The position numbers were made by a program, and so were the translations under genes. This document shows, piece after piece, positions 25,976 through 36,150 of a stretch of DNA of 57,952 nt (positions are counted from its first letter, which is position 1; every line of letters starts with the position of its first letter). The notes below the pieces were generated by a model. It saw only the letters and a program-made list of their open reading frames with translations. It made no database searches and was not told the DNA's origin. Source of the DNA: an uncultured Pseudomonadales bacterium (lineage in GTDB: Bacteria > Patescibacteriota > Microgenomatia > UBA1400 > PJMF01); assembly GCA_964406075.1 (NCBI GenBank), contig CAYOQI010000007.1:1-57952 (forward strand), written 5' to 3'.

Positions 25976-26038
25976 TGAGAAATAGAAAGTCAAACGCACT
26001 TTTCTTGATTGAAGATAAATGCTGAAGGATAGGTCTCT

Positions 26039-27358
26039 CTAAAATGCTGTTGGTAAAACACTCCCACTAGGCGTCGACACCTGTTCTTGGACAATCGGCA
26101 ACGCAGATTCTGTTGCAACAGGACTTGCACTTACTGTTGCTTCAGGTGTTGGAGTAGCTAAAGATTTTTCAATTAATTCTTTCCTGAAAAACTCAAAATT
26201 ACGTTGAACCACTTGATCCCAACCAGGTTGTAAACTGTGGTCAGCATTCTGATAGACAAAATACTCGACTAAATCTTTCTTACCTACTCTATCCATATTT
26301 CTGACAAATTGGTCACTCCACGTAACCGGCACTGCATCATCTGCTGTTCCTTGATGAAGTTGGATTTTTGCAGTGATTTTATCCATGTACTTTCCTATAG
26401 TGAATTGCTCAACATCATAATCTTGTTCAAAATTGGACAAGACGGAACGCAGTGATCGACCAAAATCTTCAGATTCATCGGTGAAGTATAAGACTGAATA
26501 CGGGAACGGCTTGGTGACTGGCGCCCACAATGTGGTTGGGTAGGATTTTCCAGTTATTTCAAGAATCGATAATGCGATTTGCCCACCATTACTGTGTCCC
26601 CAAATTCCCAGCTTTTGAGAATCAAATCGTCCTGCAACTTCTTTATTAAAAATTAATGGCTGCATATGGAATGACTCAATCGAAGAAATTAAATCCAAGA
26701 TATTCATCGGTTTTATAAATCGTGATTCCAATGAATCACCTGGTTGCGGATCACTTTCACCAAAACCTAAGAAATCAGGGGCTAACGTAATGTACCCTTG
26801 CTTTGCAAATGCTTCACCGGCTCGGATAGTCCCCGCCCCAATAGCATACGTCTCTTCAGGAACAAATCCTCTCAACATCAAAATGACTGGGAAATTTTTA
26901 TTGGAGTCATCAGATTTTGGAATATTCATCAATCCTGAAATTGTTTTTCCTTCCGATTCATAATTAAACACATATGACGTGAATTCTGGATTGGTTTTGA
27001 TCACTCGTTTAATTTGGATGGGACTTGTTTGAGGTTGTCTTTGAGCAAGTTCAGGAAAAGAATACTTTAATAAAGGATATGTTTTCTCAGCCTTTTCACC
27101 CTGAATATCCGGATTATTTCCATCTTCACTTTTTTCAAGCATTGTCCAGTACCCTAAGCCAATTCCACTAGCAAAAACTAAACCTGTCCAAAGCAGTAAA
27201 AAAAACGGCAAAAGTAAGTGCGAAAAATGTCTGTTCGTCACATTTTTTTTCACAAAATTAGGTTCCTTCTGGGGAATATAAGGAATCACAGGATCTTTTT
27301 CCACGGTATTGGGAAAGATCACAATTTCTGGCTGATTAAAAAGTGAATTATTTGACAC
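26039..27358 (-). CDS. Membrane-anchored alpha/beta hydrolase (S9/dienelactone-hydrolase-like)
   Basis: N-terminal TM segment, nucleophile elbow GHSNGG, a late NADHSL His motif, and a Thr/Pro/Ser-rich tail. Confidence 0.65.
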   Translation of the reverse strand: MSNNSLFNQPEIVIFPNTVEKDPVIPYIPQKEPNFVKKNVTNRHFSHLLLPFFLLLWTGLVFASGIGLGYWTMLEKSEDGNNPDIQGEKAEKTYPLLKYSFPELAQRQPQTSPIQIKRVIKTNPEFTSYVFNYESEGKTISGLMNIPKSDDSNKNFPVILMLRGFVPEETYAIGAGTIRAGEAFAKQGYITLAPDFLGFGESDPQPGDSLESRFIKPMNILDLISSIESFHMQPLIFNKEVAGRFDSQKLGIWGHSNGGQIALSILEITGKSYPTTLWAPVTKPFPYSVLYFTDESEDFGRSLRSVLSNFEQDYDVEQFTIGKYMDKITAKIQLHQGTADDAVPVTWSDQFVRNMDRVGKKDLVEYFVYQNADHSLQPGWDQVVQRNFEFFRKELIEKSLATPTPEATVSASPVATESALPIVQEQVSTPSGSVLPTAF

Positions 27359-27397
27359 GTGCGCAGTATAGCAAGATATGAATAAAAGTTGAAGAAT

Positions 27398-28162
27398 TTA
27401 TACTAGTTTTTCTACCCAGGCTCCTAAGAAATAGGCCGCAGTGGCTGCAATTGCCCCAATTCCCAACATCTCAAGTCCGTTCAACCACCATCTTCCTTTA
27501 GTAATAAATGTTCGCAAACTACCAACGATAAACATTGCTACAGCGGTAGAAATTATTGAAAGGACAAATTGTTGACTCTGTTGAATAGGTGCACCTAAAA
27601 ACTCCAAAAAATATGGAAGCAAAGGTAAACTCCCAGCAATCACGAATGAAATAAATGTCACCAATCCGGTATTCCACAATGCTCCTTCAAATTCAGGGAC
27701 TACACCCATTTCATCAATAAAACCAAGTTCAGTCCAAAGCTTTGGATGTTTAGTAATGATCTTAACTAGAGACTGACTTTCTGTCTCTGAAGCTCCTCGC
27801 TTTTGAAAATAGTGAAGTAACTCTTTTTTTTCTTCCTCAGGGATATGATCAATTTCCCATTTTTCAATCTCAAACTGATGTTTCATATATCTGCGCTCAG
27901 ACCGTTCTCCAAGATAATCTCCAATTCCCATCGACAATCCGTCAGCAATCATGTTTGCAATTCCAAGGATAAGAATAATCGAAGGTGGTAATCCAGCTCC
28001 TGCTACACCGGCCACAACCGCAAAAGTCGTCACAATTCCATCGTTTGCACCATACACCGCCGCTTTCAGCAATCCTTGATCCAACCGACCATGAATGGTT
28101 TGTGCTCTGCCTTCTTCATGCAATTTTGTTACTTCAGCAATATCTAAATGAATTTTTGACAT
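27398..28162 (-). CDS. VIT1/CCC1-family iron/manganese transporter
   Basis: AAVYGANDGIVTTFAVVAGVAGAG at the N-terminus, a central acidic helical domain, and C-terminal TM helices. The start was trimmed to ATG 28162 because earlier codons lie in a repeat. Confidence 0.75.
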   Translation of the reverse strand: MSKIHLDIAEVTKLHEEGRAQTIHGRLDQGLLKAAVYGANDGIVTTFAVVAGVAGAGLPPSIILILGIANMIADGLSMGIGDYLGERSERRYMKHQFEIEKWEIDHIPEEEKKELLHYFQKRGASETESQSLVKIITKHPKLWTELGFIDEMGVVPEFEGALWNTGLVTFISFVIAGSLPLLPYFLEFLGAPIQQSQQFVLSIISTAVAMFIVGSLRTFITKGRWWLNGLEMLGIGAIAATAAYFLGAWVEKLV

Positions 28163-28168
28163 AAAGCG

Positions 28169-28234
28169 TGTCATCCAGAATAATCTGGTGTAATCACCAG
28201 ATATGAAGCCTGCCTGCAGGCAGGCAAGAATCCC
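28169..28234 (+). repeat. Type-B hairpin repeat, copy 2, carrying an extra 18-nt perfect palindrome
   Basis: TGTCATCCAGAATAAT-CTGGTG-taat-CACCAG as in copy 1, then GCCTGCCTGCAGGCAGGC (28208-28225) inserted before the GAATCCC tail. Confidence 0.8.
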
Positions 28235-28268
28235 TTCGTTCTAAGAAATATTAATTTAATCCAACATT

Positions 28269-29306
28269 CTAACCAACCAAACTCACCTGTTCAATCAATC
28301 GATTGCAGTACCCCCACTCGTTGTCATACCAACTCACTACTTTGACTAAGTCGCCAGCAATCACTTGAGTTAGTGCCAAATCAACAATAGAAGACTCTCG
28401 TCGTCCTACAATATCTGAAGAAACCAGTGGTTCATTGGTCACAGCCAAAATTCCTTTCCATTGATCTTGTTGTGATGCTTCAGTCAATGCCTTATTCACT
28501 TCTTCGACAGTAGTCGGGCGACCTGTTACAAATACCATGTCTGAAATTGACCCGACGGAAACTGGAACTCGCATAGAGATCCCATCAAATAATCCCTTTA
28601 GTTCAGGTAAAGTTTCAGTCACCGCCACTGCGGCACCTGTAGAAGTGGGAATAATATTTCGTCCTGCGGTACGTGCTCTTCTCAAATCTCGATGAGAATT
28701 ATCTTGCAAATTTTGATCGTCTGTATAGGCATGTACTGTAGTCATCGTAGCTTTTTGAATACCAAATGTTTTGAGAATGACTGCAGTTACTGGTGCCACA
28801 CAATTGGTAGTACAAGACGCATTTGAAATAACTTCACCGCTCACTTGATTGACACCGATCACCGCCGTATCTATCCCTTCACCTTTTGCTGGTGCGGAAA
28901 TGATGACATTTTTTGCCCCACCTTGGATGTGTAACGAAGCTTTATCTTTACTGGTAAATGCCCCGGTAGATTCAACAACAGTTTCAACACCAAACTGTTG
29001 CCAAGGGATTTTTGCTGGATCACGTTGTGCGGTCACAGCAATTTTTCGACCATCGATGACGAAATAGCCGAGCAATGAATCTTCGTCACTAACTTCTTTT
29101 GTACTTTTTATATGTTCGACTGTCATACCTTGATCCCAAACTCCATAGTTCGAGTCGTATTTGAGCAAGTGAGCCCAGTCTTCAATTTCCATCGATCCTG
29201 AGGTGTTCACTGCTTTAAGATCAATTTCATCTTTGTGAAAATTCCACCAAACTCGAAAAGCCGTTCGGCCAATTCGACCAAATCCATTAATACCAAAATT
29301 TTTCAT
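28269..29306 (-). CDS. gap: Type I glyceraldehyde-3-phosphate dehydrogenase
   Basis: INGFGRIGR, the active site SNASCTTNC, and WYDNEWGY. AAAGGAG Shine-Dalgarno. Confidence 0.9.
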   Translation of the reverse strand: MKNFGINGFGRIGRTAFRVWWNFHKDEIDLKAVNTSGSMEIEDWAHLLKYDSNYGVWDQGMTVEHIKSTKEVSDEDSLLGYFVIDGRKIAVTAQRDPAKIPWQQFGVETVVESTGAFTSKDKASLHIQGGAKNVIISAPAKGEGIDTAVIGVNQVSGEVISNASCTTNCVAPVTAVILKTFGIQKATMTTVHAYTDDQNLQDNSHRDLRRARTAGRNIIPTSTGAAVAVTETLPELKGLFDGISMRVPVSVGSISDMVFVTGRPTTVEEVNKALTEASQQDQWKGILAVTNEPLVSSDIVGRRESSIVDLALTQVIAGDLVKVVSWYDNEWGYCNRLIEQVSLVG

Positions 29307-29399
29307 ATAACTCCTTTAACTGATTCATTCAATGTACGACAAGACTACCACAAAAATACAAACGATTTAAAGTGAATAATTACTTACAATCAGAGAAAT

Positions 29400-30452
29400 T
29401 TAACTTTTTTTATCAGCTTTGGTTTTTCCACCAAATTCCATTTGACTGCGCTCTAAGGCCTCAATCAAAGGTAATGTACCTTTGGCGATGTATTCCATCA
29501 TTGCTCCGCCACCAGTGCTGACATGAGTAAAGGCTTTTTCTTGATCAATGCCAAGGAGTGAGACTGCTGCTTCTGTATCGCCACCACCGAGGATTTTGAA
29601 TCCACGAGTTCGAGCAACACAATCTGCAATGTACGCAGTTCCTTTTCGAGCATCTTCATCTTCGTATTTCCCCATCGGACCATTCCAAACGATGGTTTCA
29701 GCTTGGACGATGAATCGTTCAAATTGCTCCATCGCAGCTTGACTGAGATCTTTTCCATCTTCTCGTAGCTCACCAATAATGAGCTTTCGATTCGGAAATT
29801 GTTCATAAGTCATTTCTTTTGGAAGTTTTCCTCCAACCATAATGACACTGACTCTTTCACTGATTGGATCAATCAAAGGAATTTTAGTTTCTGGCTTTCC
29901 ACCACCAAGGATGAACACAAATGGCTGTTTTGGTGAGCGAAGTAATTTTTTCAAAGTGGTGAGTTCTTTGTAACATTGAATTCCAGTACAAGTTGGTAAA
30001 TACTCAGGAATACGAGTAACTGAGGTATGATCCCGATGAACTACTGCAAACGCTTCATACACATACAAGTCAAATCCTTTTGACAACTCTTTTGCAAATT
30101 TACTATTTGGCTTTTCTTCTCTCGGATCAAATCGTAGATTTTCTCCAACTTCAAGCCATTTTTCCAATTCTTCCTGTTTTACTTTTTTAAATGCTTTATC
30201 TTTCAATAAAGATTCATAAAGTACAGCAGTTATCTTCTTCATCGAGTATTTTTTTACCACTTTACCATCTGGTCGACCAAGATGACCGATTACTTTGACA
30301 TGTTTCGCATCATTTTTATAGAGAAAAATTAAAGACTGCAGACCATCCATTAAACGAGTTGTATCGTATTTCCCATCAACTTCTGGCAAATCGAGGTCCA
30401 TACGGACTAATACATTGAGGTCTTTAACTTGGAGTAATCGAAGAGTTTTCAT
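29400..30452 (-). CDS. pgk: Phosphoglycerate kinase (short, 350 aa)
   Basis: VRMDLDLP, GHLGRPDG, ENLRFDPREE, VWNGPMG and STGGGA motifs. Confidence 0.85.
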   Translation of the reverse strand: MKTLRLLQVKDLNVLVRMDLDLPEVDGKYDTTRLMDGLQSLIFLYKNDAKHVKVIGHLGRPDGKVVKKYSMKKITAVLYESLLKDKAFKKVKQEELEKWLEVGENLRFDPREEKPNSKFAKELSKGFDLYVYEAFAVVHRDHTSVTRIPEYLPTCTGIQCYKELTTLKKLLRSPKQPFVFILGGGKPETKIPLIDPISERVSVIMVGGKLPKEMTYEQFPNRKLIIGELREDGKDLSQAAMEQFERFIVQAETIVWNGPMGKYEDEDARKGTAYIADCVARTRGFKILGGGDTEAAVSLLGIDQEKAFTHVSTGGGAMMEYIAKGTLPLIEALERSQMEFGGKTKADKKS

Positions 30453-30459
30453 GGGTGGA

Positions 30460-30468
30460 AGTATAGCA
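30460..30468 (-). promoter_or_regulatory. Extended -10 (TGcTATACT) 7 nt upstream of the pgk ATG; leaderless-type
   Basis: The minus strand reads TGCTATACT-tccaccc-ATG. Confidence 0.45.
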
Positions 30469-30502
30469 TTGTAAAGGGAAAATGTCGCTACGAACCCGTA
30501 TG

Positions 30503-31204
30503 TTATTTTTGAAGGAGTGAAATGAAACTTTCAACTTCCAAACTTGCCCCACCGACTAAGAATCCTGAGATTTCGTCATGTTCAAGAAAAGGAGTGACTG
30601 AATCTGCATTCACGCTTCCTCCGTAAATAACTTGCTTTGGTGAATATCTTGATTGAAATTCTTTGACGACTTTTAAGACATCTTCTACAGGTTGTGTTTC
30701 TGTTCCACCAATATACTCAATCGGTTCATACGCAAGAATAATTTTTGAACGTATTTCATCTGAAATATGAACAAATTGCTCAGCAGCTTGATCAGCATCT
30801 ATACAGAGTATTGGTTGAATAGAATTTTCTAAACATTGTTCTATTTTTAAAGCAATATCTTGATGTGTTTCATGAAAATATTTTCGGCGTTCCGAATGAC
30901 CAACAATTGCATACTTCACACCACTGTCTTGAAGATTTATCGCACTAACAGCACCTGTATAAGCTCCAGCCGGATAAGCACTAATATCTTGAGAGCCTAA
31001 AAGTAAGTAATCACTCATTTTCTGAGAACCAATGAAATAGTTTACCCCTGCAATCGATGGAAACGACGGTGCTATTACAATTTCCTTATCGTAGTCTTTT
31101 TGTAAGACATGAGGTGCTATTTTTTTGCAAAATTCAGTAATCCAAGCTGTTGATTGTTGAAAATTTTTATTTGATTTCCAGTTAGCTATGTACAATTTTT
31201 TCAT
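30503..31204 (-). CDS. tpiA: Triosephosphate isomerase
   Basis: IANWKSNK, GHSERR, AYEPIEYIG and GGASL motifs. The start was set at MKKLYIANWK, which is M15 of the maximal ORF. Confidence 0.85.
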   Translation of the reverse strand: MKKLYIANWKSNKNFQQSTAWITEFCKKIAPHVLQKDYDKEIVIAPSFPSIAGVNYFIGSQKMSDYLLLGSQDISAYPAGAYTGAVSAINLQDSGVKYAIVGHSERRKYFHETHQDIALKIEQCLENSIQPILCIDADQAAEQFVHISDEIRSKIILAYEPIEYIGGTETQPVEDVLKVVKEFQSRYSPKQVIYGGSVNADSVTPFLEHDEISGFLVGGASLEVESFISLLQK

Positions 31205-31261
31205 ACCACGTCCTTCCACCGAATCGGCATAGAAATATGATACCATGACCTTTATCTTCCT

Positions 31262-33244
31262 ATGGATTTTCTAGATCAACTCAACCCAGCCCAACTCGAA
31301 GCAGTCAAACATCCTGCTGGACCTGCGTTAATTCTGGCTGGTGCAGGTAGTGGAAAAACTCGAGTATTAACATCAAGAGTAGCTTGGTTGATTACTGAAG
31401 GTTATGCTCAAGCGGAAGAAATTTTACTCGTCACCTTTACCAATAAAGCTGCTGGTGAAATGGTTGAACGAGTCAGTCAGCTCACACAACTTCGTTTGCC
31501 TTTTGCCGGAACATTTCACCGTATTTGTGCACGCATTTTACGTCGAGATGGACATTGGATTGGATTACCACCTAGCTTTGTGATTTTTGACAGCGAAGAT
31601 CAACTTCAGTTAATAAAAGCGTCGATGAAAAAACTGTATTTAGATCCAAAAGAATTTAAAGCTTCTGCACTCGCCGGCATGATCAGTGAAGCAAAAAATA
31701 ATTCCTTAACTCCCGAAATGTACGCAGAAGTAGCGGAAGGTAAATATCAAACAGCGGCTTCTAAAGTGTATAAGCTCTATCAAAAATCACTGCATGATAA
31801 CCACGCGGTCGATTTTGATGACATGCTTCTTCGAACTGCGGATCTTTTTGTTCAACATCCTTCCGTACTCGAAAGATATCAAAAACAATTCACGCATGTT
31901 TTAGTGGACGAGTATCAGGATACAAATGCAATTCAATATCAGTTAACCAAAATGTTAGCTGCTCCACAAAATAATCTCTTTGTCGTCGGTGACGCTGCCC
32001 AAGCTATTTATAGTTGGAGAGGCGCGGATTACCGAAACATGTTGCAACTTCGAAAAGATTTTCCAAATTTGAAAGAGTATCGGTTGGAGCAAAATTATCG
32101 GTCAACACAAGTGATCTTGGATGCTGCGTCCAAAGTCATCGGGAACAATACTTCTCATCCTGTTTTAGCGTTATGGACGGATAACAAACATCAATACGAT
32201 CCGATTGAATTATTTATTGCACATGATGGTATGGACGAAGCCAAACATGTGGCAGAAGTTATTGCTCGTGAATATTTGACTTCAGATCTCGATCAGGTTG
32301 CGATTTTATATCGAACCAATGCGCAAAGTCGGGCATTTGAAGAGGCTTTTTTAAAACAAAATTTGGCTTACAAAATTGTCGGCGGAGTTCGATTTTATTC
32401 CCGTAAAGAAATTAAAGATTTACTCAGTTACCTTCGCTTAGTATTAAATCCCAACGAATCTGTCAGCTTAGAGCGTGTCATAAAAATTGGAAAACGTCGC
32501 TATCAACAATTTGATGCATGGAGGACGAAACTCAAAGATTTGGCAGTTGAGTTAAGTCCACTGGAAATGTTGGATCAAATTATTATGTCGACAAATTTCA
32601 AAGATATGTTTGATACCCGTGATGAAGAGGATGTCAGTAGACTTGAAAATATTGAAGAACTTCGAGCAGTCGCACATGAATTTCAAACTATTGAAGATTT
32701 ATTAGAAAATGTGACATTAACTGATGGTTCCGCATCATCCAACCGCGACCTTGCCGATATTCAAGATCTATCAGAAAAATCAGCAACTATTACTATGATG
32801 AGTATTCACTCTGCCAAAGGGCTAGAATTTGAAACTATTTTTCTCGTCGGACTAGAAGAAGGACTTTTCCCCCATTCACGTTCTCTAATGGATAAAAATC
32901 AGCTGGAAGAAGAACGGCGACTGTGTTATGTGGGAATCACCAGGGCTAAACGGAAACTTTACTTGAGTCATGCTCAGCAACGGTTCTTTTATGGAAGTTT
33001 TTCTACTACGACACCTTCTCGATTCTTGAAAGAAATTCCCGAGGAATTAATTAATACACAACACTCCGAATCATCTTCTTCATACAATCAAGGATTTTCT
33101 CGTTATCAACCGTACTCATTCAGTTCTCAACTTGTTAAGGCCAGCACGAAGCCTACAAACAAACGCCGGATTGTCGTTGACGACGCTGAGCTTGATGATA
33201 TTCTCAGTGGAGCCATAGACGTCGACGCATGGTTGAGTTCATAA
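31262..33244 (+). CDS. uvrD: UvrD/PcrA/Rep-family ATP-dependent DNA helicase
   Basis: Motif I AGAGSGKTRVLT, motif II VDEYQDTN, QNYRST, SIHSAKGLEF and VGITRAK. Confidence 0.9.
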   Translation: MDFLDQLNPAQLEAVKHPAGPALILAGAGSGKTRVLTSRVAWLITEGYAQAEEILLVTFTNKAAGEMVERVSQLTQLRLPFAGTFHRICARILRRDGHWIGLPPSFVIFDSEDQLQLIKASMKKLYLDPKEFKASALAGMISEAKNNSLTPEMYAEVAEGKYQTAASKVYKLYQKSLHDNHAVDFDDMLLRTADLFVQHPSVLERYQKQFTHVLVDEYQDTNAIQYQLTKMLAAPQNNLFVVGDAAQAIYSWRGADYRNMLQLRKDFPNLKEYRLEQNYRSTQVILDAASKVIGNNTSHPVLALWTDNKHQYDPIELFIAHDGMDEAKHVAEVIAREYLTSDLDQVAILYRTNAQSRAFEEAFLKQNLAYKIVGGVRFYSRKEIKDLLSYLRLVLNPNESVSLERVIKIGKRRYQQFDAWRTKLKDLAVELSPLEMLDQIIMSTNFKDMFDTRDEEDVSRLENIEELRAVAHEFQTIEDLLENVTLTDGSASSNRDLADIQDLSEKSATITMMSIHSAKGLEFETIFLVGLEEGLFPHSRSLMDKNQLEEERRLCYVGITRAKRKLYLSHAQQRFFYGSFSTTTPSRFLKEIPEELINTQHSESSSSYNQGFSRYQPYSFSSQLVKASTKPTNKRRIVVDDAELDDILSGAIDVDAWLSS

Positions 33245-33251
33245 TATAGTC

Positions 33252-34493
33252 ATGAATTGGAAAACTCTTACCCTTCTTCTTCTTTTTATTTTCACACGTA
33301 TTTTTATTTGGCAAAATCCTCCTCCAGACTTTTCAGAAATTATTTATAGTTACATGCCATATGCACATTTGTGGGATAGTGGAACTCGTCCTTACCTCGA
33401 TCAATGGTATGAGTATCCACCTGCAACCATCCCACTTTTTTATATTCCTCATTTGATTGATAAAACTTCTCATGGTTCTTTTTTTTCGATTAATTATGGT
33501 CAAGCCTATCGCGGTCAATTATTGTTAATTGACACCCTTATTTTCTTTTTAATTTGGAAAACGCTCAGCACCCTTAAAGTAAATGCTAAAAATAAATTTT
33601 TAAGTTTACTTTTCTATATTGGATTAACAGCCAAAGCGAATCACTTCATTTATGATTCGATGGACTTAGTATTTGCGTCTGCACTAATGATAAGTATTTC
33701 TGGACCAATTATTTTTAAGAATGAAATTGCCCAAGGATTGTCTAAATGGATTGGTTACTGGCTTGCGGTAGCTTTGAAATATATTAATGGCCCAATGGGA
33801 TTAATTGGAGTGGCACTAAATAGGAAAGATTGGAAAAAAGAAATTGTAATTTGTGGAATTTCGCTTTTGTTAATTTGGGGAATTCCTCTTGCCTTATACC
33901 GTTCTTCACTCCAGGTCAGTTTGGTGTATCACCAAATTCGTGGGGTTCAAATTGACAGTGTGCCGGCCGTGATTATCAGAATGATTGACACTTTTACACA
34001 TAGCGAAAAAGTGATTGAAATTTATAAAAACTACGAAATTTCAGGGCCAATTACTTCTCAAGTTTCAAAAATAACAAGCCCACTTTTTATTGTCGGCTTA
34101 ATCGGGTTTATAGGAATGCTTTCTATTCAAGCGTTAAGAATTGATGAAAAGAAGAAAAGTATGTTTTGGTTATCTGCTACAGTTGGCTACATTTTTCTTT
34201 TTTTGTTAATTGGAAAAGTACTCTCTCGTCCATTTTTACTCTGGACTATTCCACTCCTGGCTGTCTTGCCGTTTGAATCTATTAAAAAACAACTTCATTT
34301 TTTAATTCCTGGAGCAGTAATGGTTCTGTTAACTTTTTCCCCTGTACCAAATACTGTCATCGGACCGTTTGCAATACCGTTATGGGTTGGCATTATTCGT
34401 AGCATCTGTTTGGTTTGGATATTTCTAGCATGGATAATCTGGCACCAATCCTTTTTCTTTTTAAAAAAGTCTGAGAAAAAATCTAAACGATGA
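33252..34493 (+). CDS. GT-C-like polytopic membrane protein, GT87/DUF2029-like (polyprenyl-P-mannose-dependent mannosyltransferase-like)
   Basis: 413 aa with about 10 TM segments. The first loop, DFSEIIYSYMPYAHLWDSGTRPYLDQWYEYPPATIPLF, resembles the D...Y-x-YPP signature of the family. Confidence 0.5.
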   Translation: MNWKTLTLLLLFIFTRIFIWQNPPPDFSEIIYSYMPYAHLWDSGTRPYLDQWYEYPPATIPLFYIPHLIDKTSHGSFFSINYGQAYRGQLLLIDTLIFFLIWKTLSTLKVNAKNKFLSLLFYIGLTAKANHFIYDSMDLVFASALMISISGPIIFKNEIAQGLSKWIGYWLAVALKYINGPMGLIGVALNRKDWKKEIVICGISLLLIWGIPLALYRSSLQVSLVYHQIRGVQIDSVPAVIIRMIDTFTHSEKVIEIYKNYEISGPITSQVSKITSPLFIVGLIGFIGMLSIQALRIDEKKKSMFWLSATVGYIFLFLLIGKVLSRPFLLWTIPLLAVLPFESIKKQLHFLIPGAVMVLLTFSPVPNTVIGPFAIPLWVGIIRSICLVWIFLAWIIWHQSFFFLKKSEKKSKR

Positions 34494-36136
34494 AAGCCAA
34501 TAGAATTCCTGTTAAAGAAAAATCTTTATTAATAAATAATTTGCCTGAATTTAGTAGATTTTTTTTAGATAAAATCCACTTCATTTTCATCCTCAGTTTA
34601 CTCATCTTTAGTTTTTTCTTTATTCGAGCTAGTCAGTTCGGATACTTCACTGACGAATATGAACAACTTACGGCTGGTTGGTTTATTTCTGAAGGGATGA
34701 TTCCGTATACTGATTTCTTTTCACATCATGCTCCATTGCCATTATTAATTGGAGCACTTCCATTCATATTTCCATTTGCAGAAACAAGTATTCTCACTCA
34801 AAGAATGATTGTATTGTCACTATTGTTAGTATTCTGGGTAACTATTTTTTACTTTAGTGAAAGAAAGTGGAGAATTATTACTTCAGTTTTTGCTATTCTG
34901 AGTGGTTCGATGATTCCTGTATTTAACCTTCAAATGCACCTCGCGAATACATATTCCACGTTTGCATTAATCGGTGTGTTGCTAATTATTTTTCAATACC
35001 TTGATTCCAATAAAACAATTCAGTTTTCAAAAATTTGCTTAATCCTGATTTTGGGTAATTTCGCATTCTGGTCAAATATTTCTTCAGTACTTGGTTTTCT
35101 GGGATTATTAATCCTTTTGGTTGTTGAACAAAAAAAACAATTTCTGGAGCTTATTAAAACGCACAGCATAAAAGTTCTATCAATAATTGGTCTTTCAGTT
35201 ATCTTTCCTATATTTTTCATAATTAAAAATTCATTCACAGAATTTTGGTGGTCAGTTTTTACATACAATACAAAATATTACTTTCCTTACCGACTAGCCG
35301 AGAATGACACCGAACGTACGTACGGACCTCTCTTCCGACAGATTAACCAATTCTTTTCAACATTCATTGAAACATATCTACTTTTTTTAGAACGCTCAAG
35401 AGTCTTCATTCAATCAATACTCGGATCAAGAACGCTACTTTTCGACGCTTCATTCCAACAAACGAGTAAGTATTTTCAAATAATCTTTGAACAATATTTT
35501 TCTTTCCTTTTTTCTTTTGAAACAATACTCGTCCTTCTTCCCACGATGACATTTTTACTACTTTTATTTAATAAACAGCTAAAACTGTCTATCACTTTAT
35601 TTTTCTTAACAGCCATGTTCTGGTTTCGAGACAATGAAGTATTTCACTTTGGAATTATTTTTTTTCTTTCCTATATTTTTCTACTTCAATTTATTTTTCA
35701 AAAATTTGATCAGAGAAAAAAAAGCCAACTGTTACTAGCAATCATAACCATATTGCTTTCAACTATCCCTCTTGTTGGAATGCGTCAACGTTTCTTTTAT
35801 GAAAAAAGACCGACAATCGATCCTGCGATCGTTCTGTCTGCAAATGAAATGAAAAAACTCAGCAATGTTGAAGATCACATCTTAATAATTGATGAAGATA
35901 TCATTGGATACTATATTGCACAGCGACTTCCTTCTTCGCCATACTATTTTTCTTATCCATGGACCGTACAAGTTGATGAGATTGAGAATGATATTCTCAT
36001 GAATATTTCAGCCCGGAAAGCTAAAATCGTGAAGCTAGATACCCAACTCTCACATCAATTTCCGAAGCTCGAAGAAGAACTCTTACTACACTATACGAAA
36101 TCAGAACACTCGCTCGAATTATTTATTCGCAACTAA
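34490..36136 (+). CDS. GT-C-like polytopic membrane protein, ArnT/PMT_2-like
   Basis: 548 aa. The first loop, YFTDEYEQLTAGWFISEGMIPYTDFFSHHAPLP, carries a DE motif. It is a paralogue of the 53791 protein (YGDEAIYLTIGQALRNGLTLYQDTIDHKTPL). ATGA overlap with the upstream gene. Confidence 0.5.
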   Translation: MKANRIPVKEKSLLINNLPEFSRFFLDKIHFIFILSLLIFSFFFIRASQFGYFTDEYEQLTAGWFISEGMIPYTDFFSHHAPLPLLIGALPFIFPFAETSILTQRMIVLSLLLVFWVTIFYFSERKWRIITSVFAILSGSMIPVFNLQMHLANTYSTFALIGVLLIIFQYLDSNKTIQFSKICLILILGNFAFWSNISSVLGFLGLLILLVVEQKKQFLELIKTHSIKVLSIIGLSVIFPIFFIIKNSFTEFWWSVFTYNTKYYFPYRLAENDTERTYGPLFRQINQFFSTFIETYLLFLERSRVFIQSILGSRTLLFDASFQQTSKYFQIIFEQYFSFLFSFETILVLLPTMTFLLLLFNKQLKLSITLFFLTAMFWFRDNEVFHFGIIFFLSYIFLLQFIFQKFDQRKKSQLLLAIITILLSTIPLVGMRQRFFYEKRPTIDPAIVLSANEMKKLSNVEDHILIIDEDIIGYYIAQRLPSSPYYFSYPWTVQVDEIENDILMNISARKAKIVKLDTQLSHQFPKLEEELLLHYTKSEHSLELFIRN

Positions 36137-36150
36137 TTTCATTGAGGTAA

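Noticed and set aside
2265-29806. Numerous 60-116-aa antisense or out-of-frame ORFs nested in long genes
   Set aside because: Examples are 2265-2462, 8161-8451, 11084-11413, 18233-18760, 29498-29806 and 44092-44442. All lie inside well-supported longer CDSs, have low-complexity or biased composition and lack start signals.
12432-33244. A defence or anti-phage island suggested by ComM/YifB, RmuC, UvrD-like helicase and MazG-like genes
   Set aside because: The genes are scattered among housekeeping operons and each looks like the standard single-copy homologue. No nuclease/ATPase/methylase cassette, toxin-antitoxin pair or retron/CBASS-type components lie adjacent.
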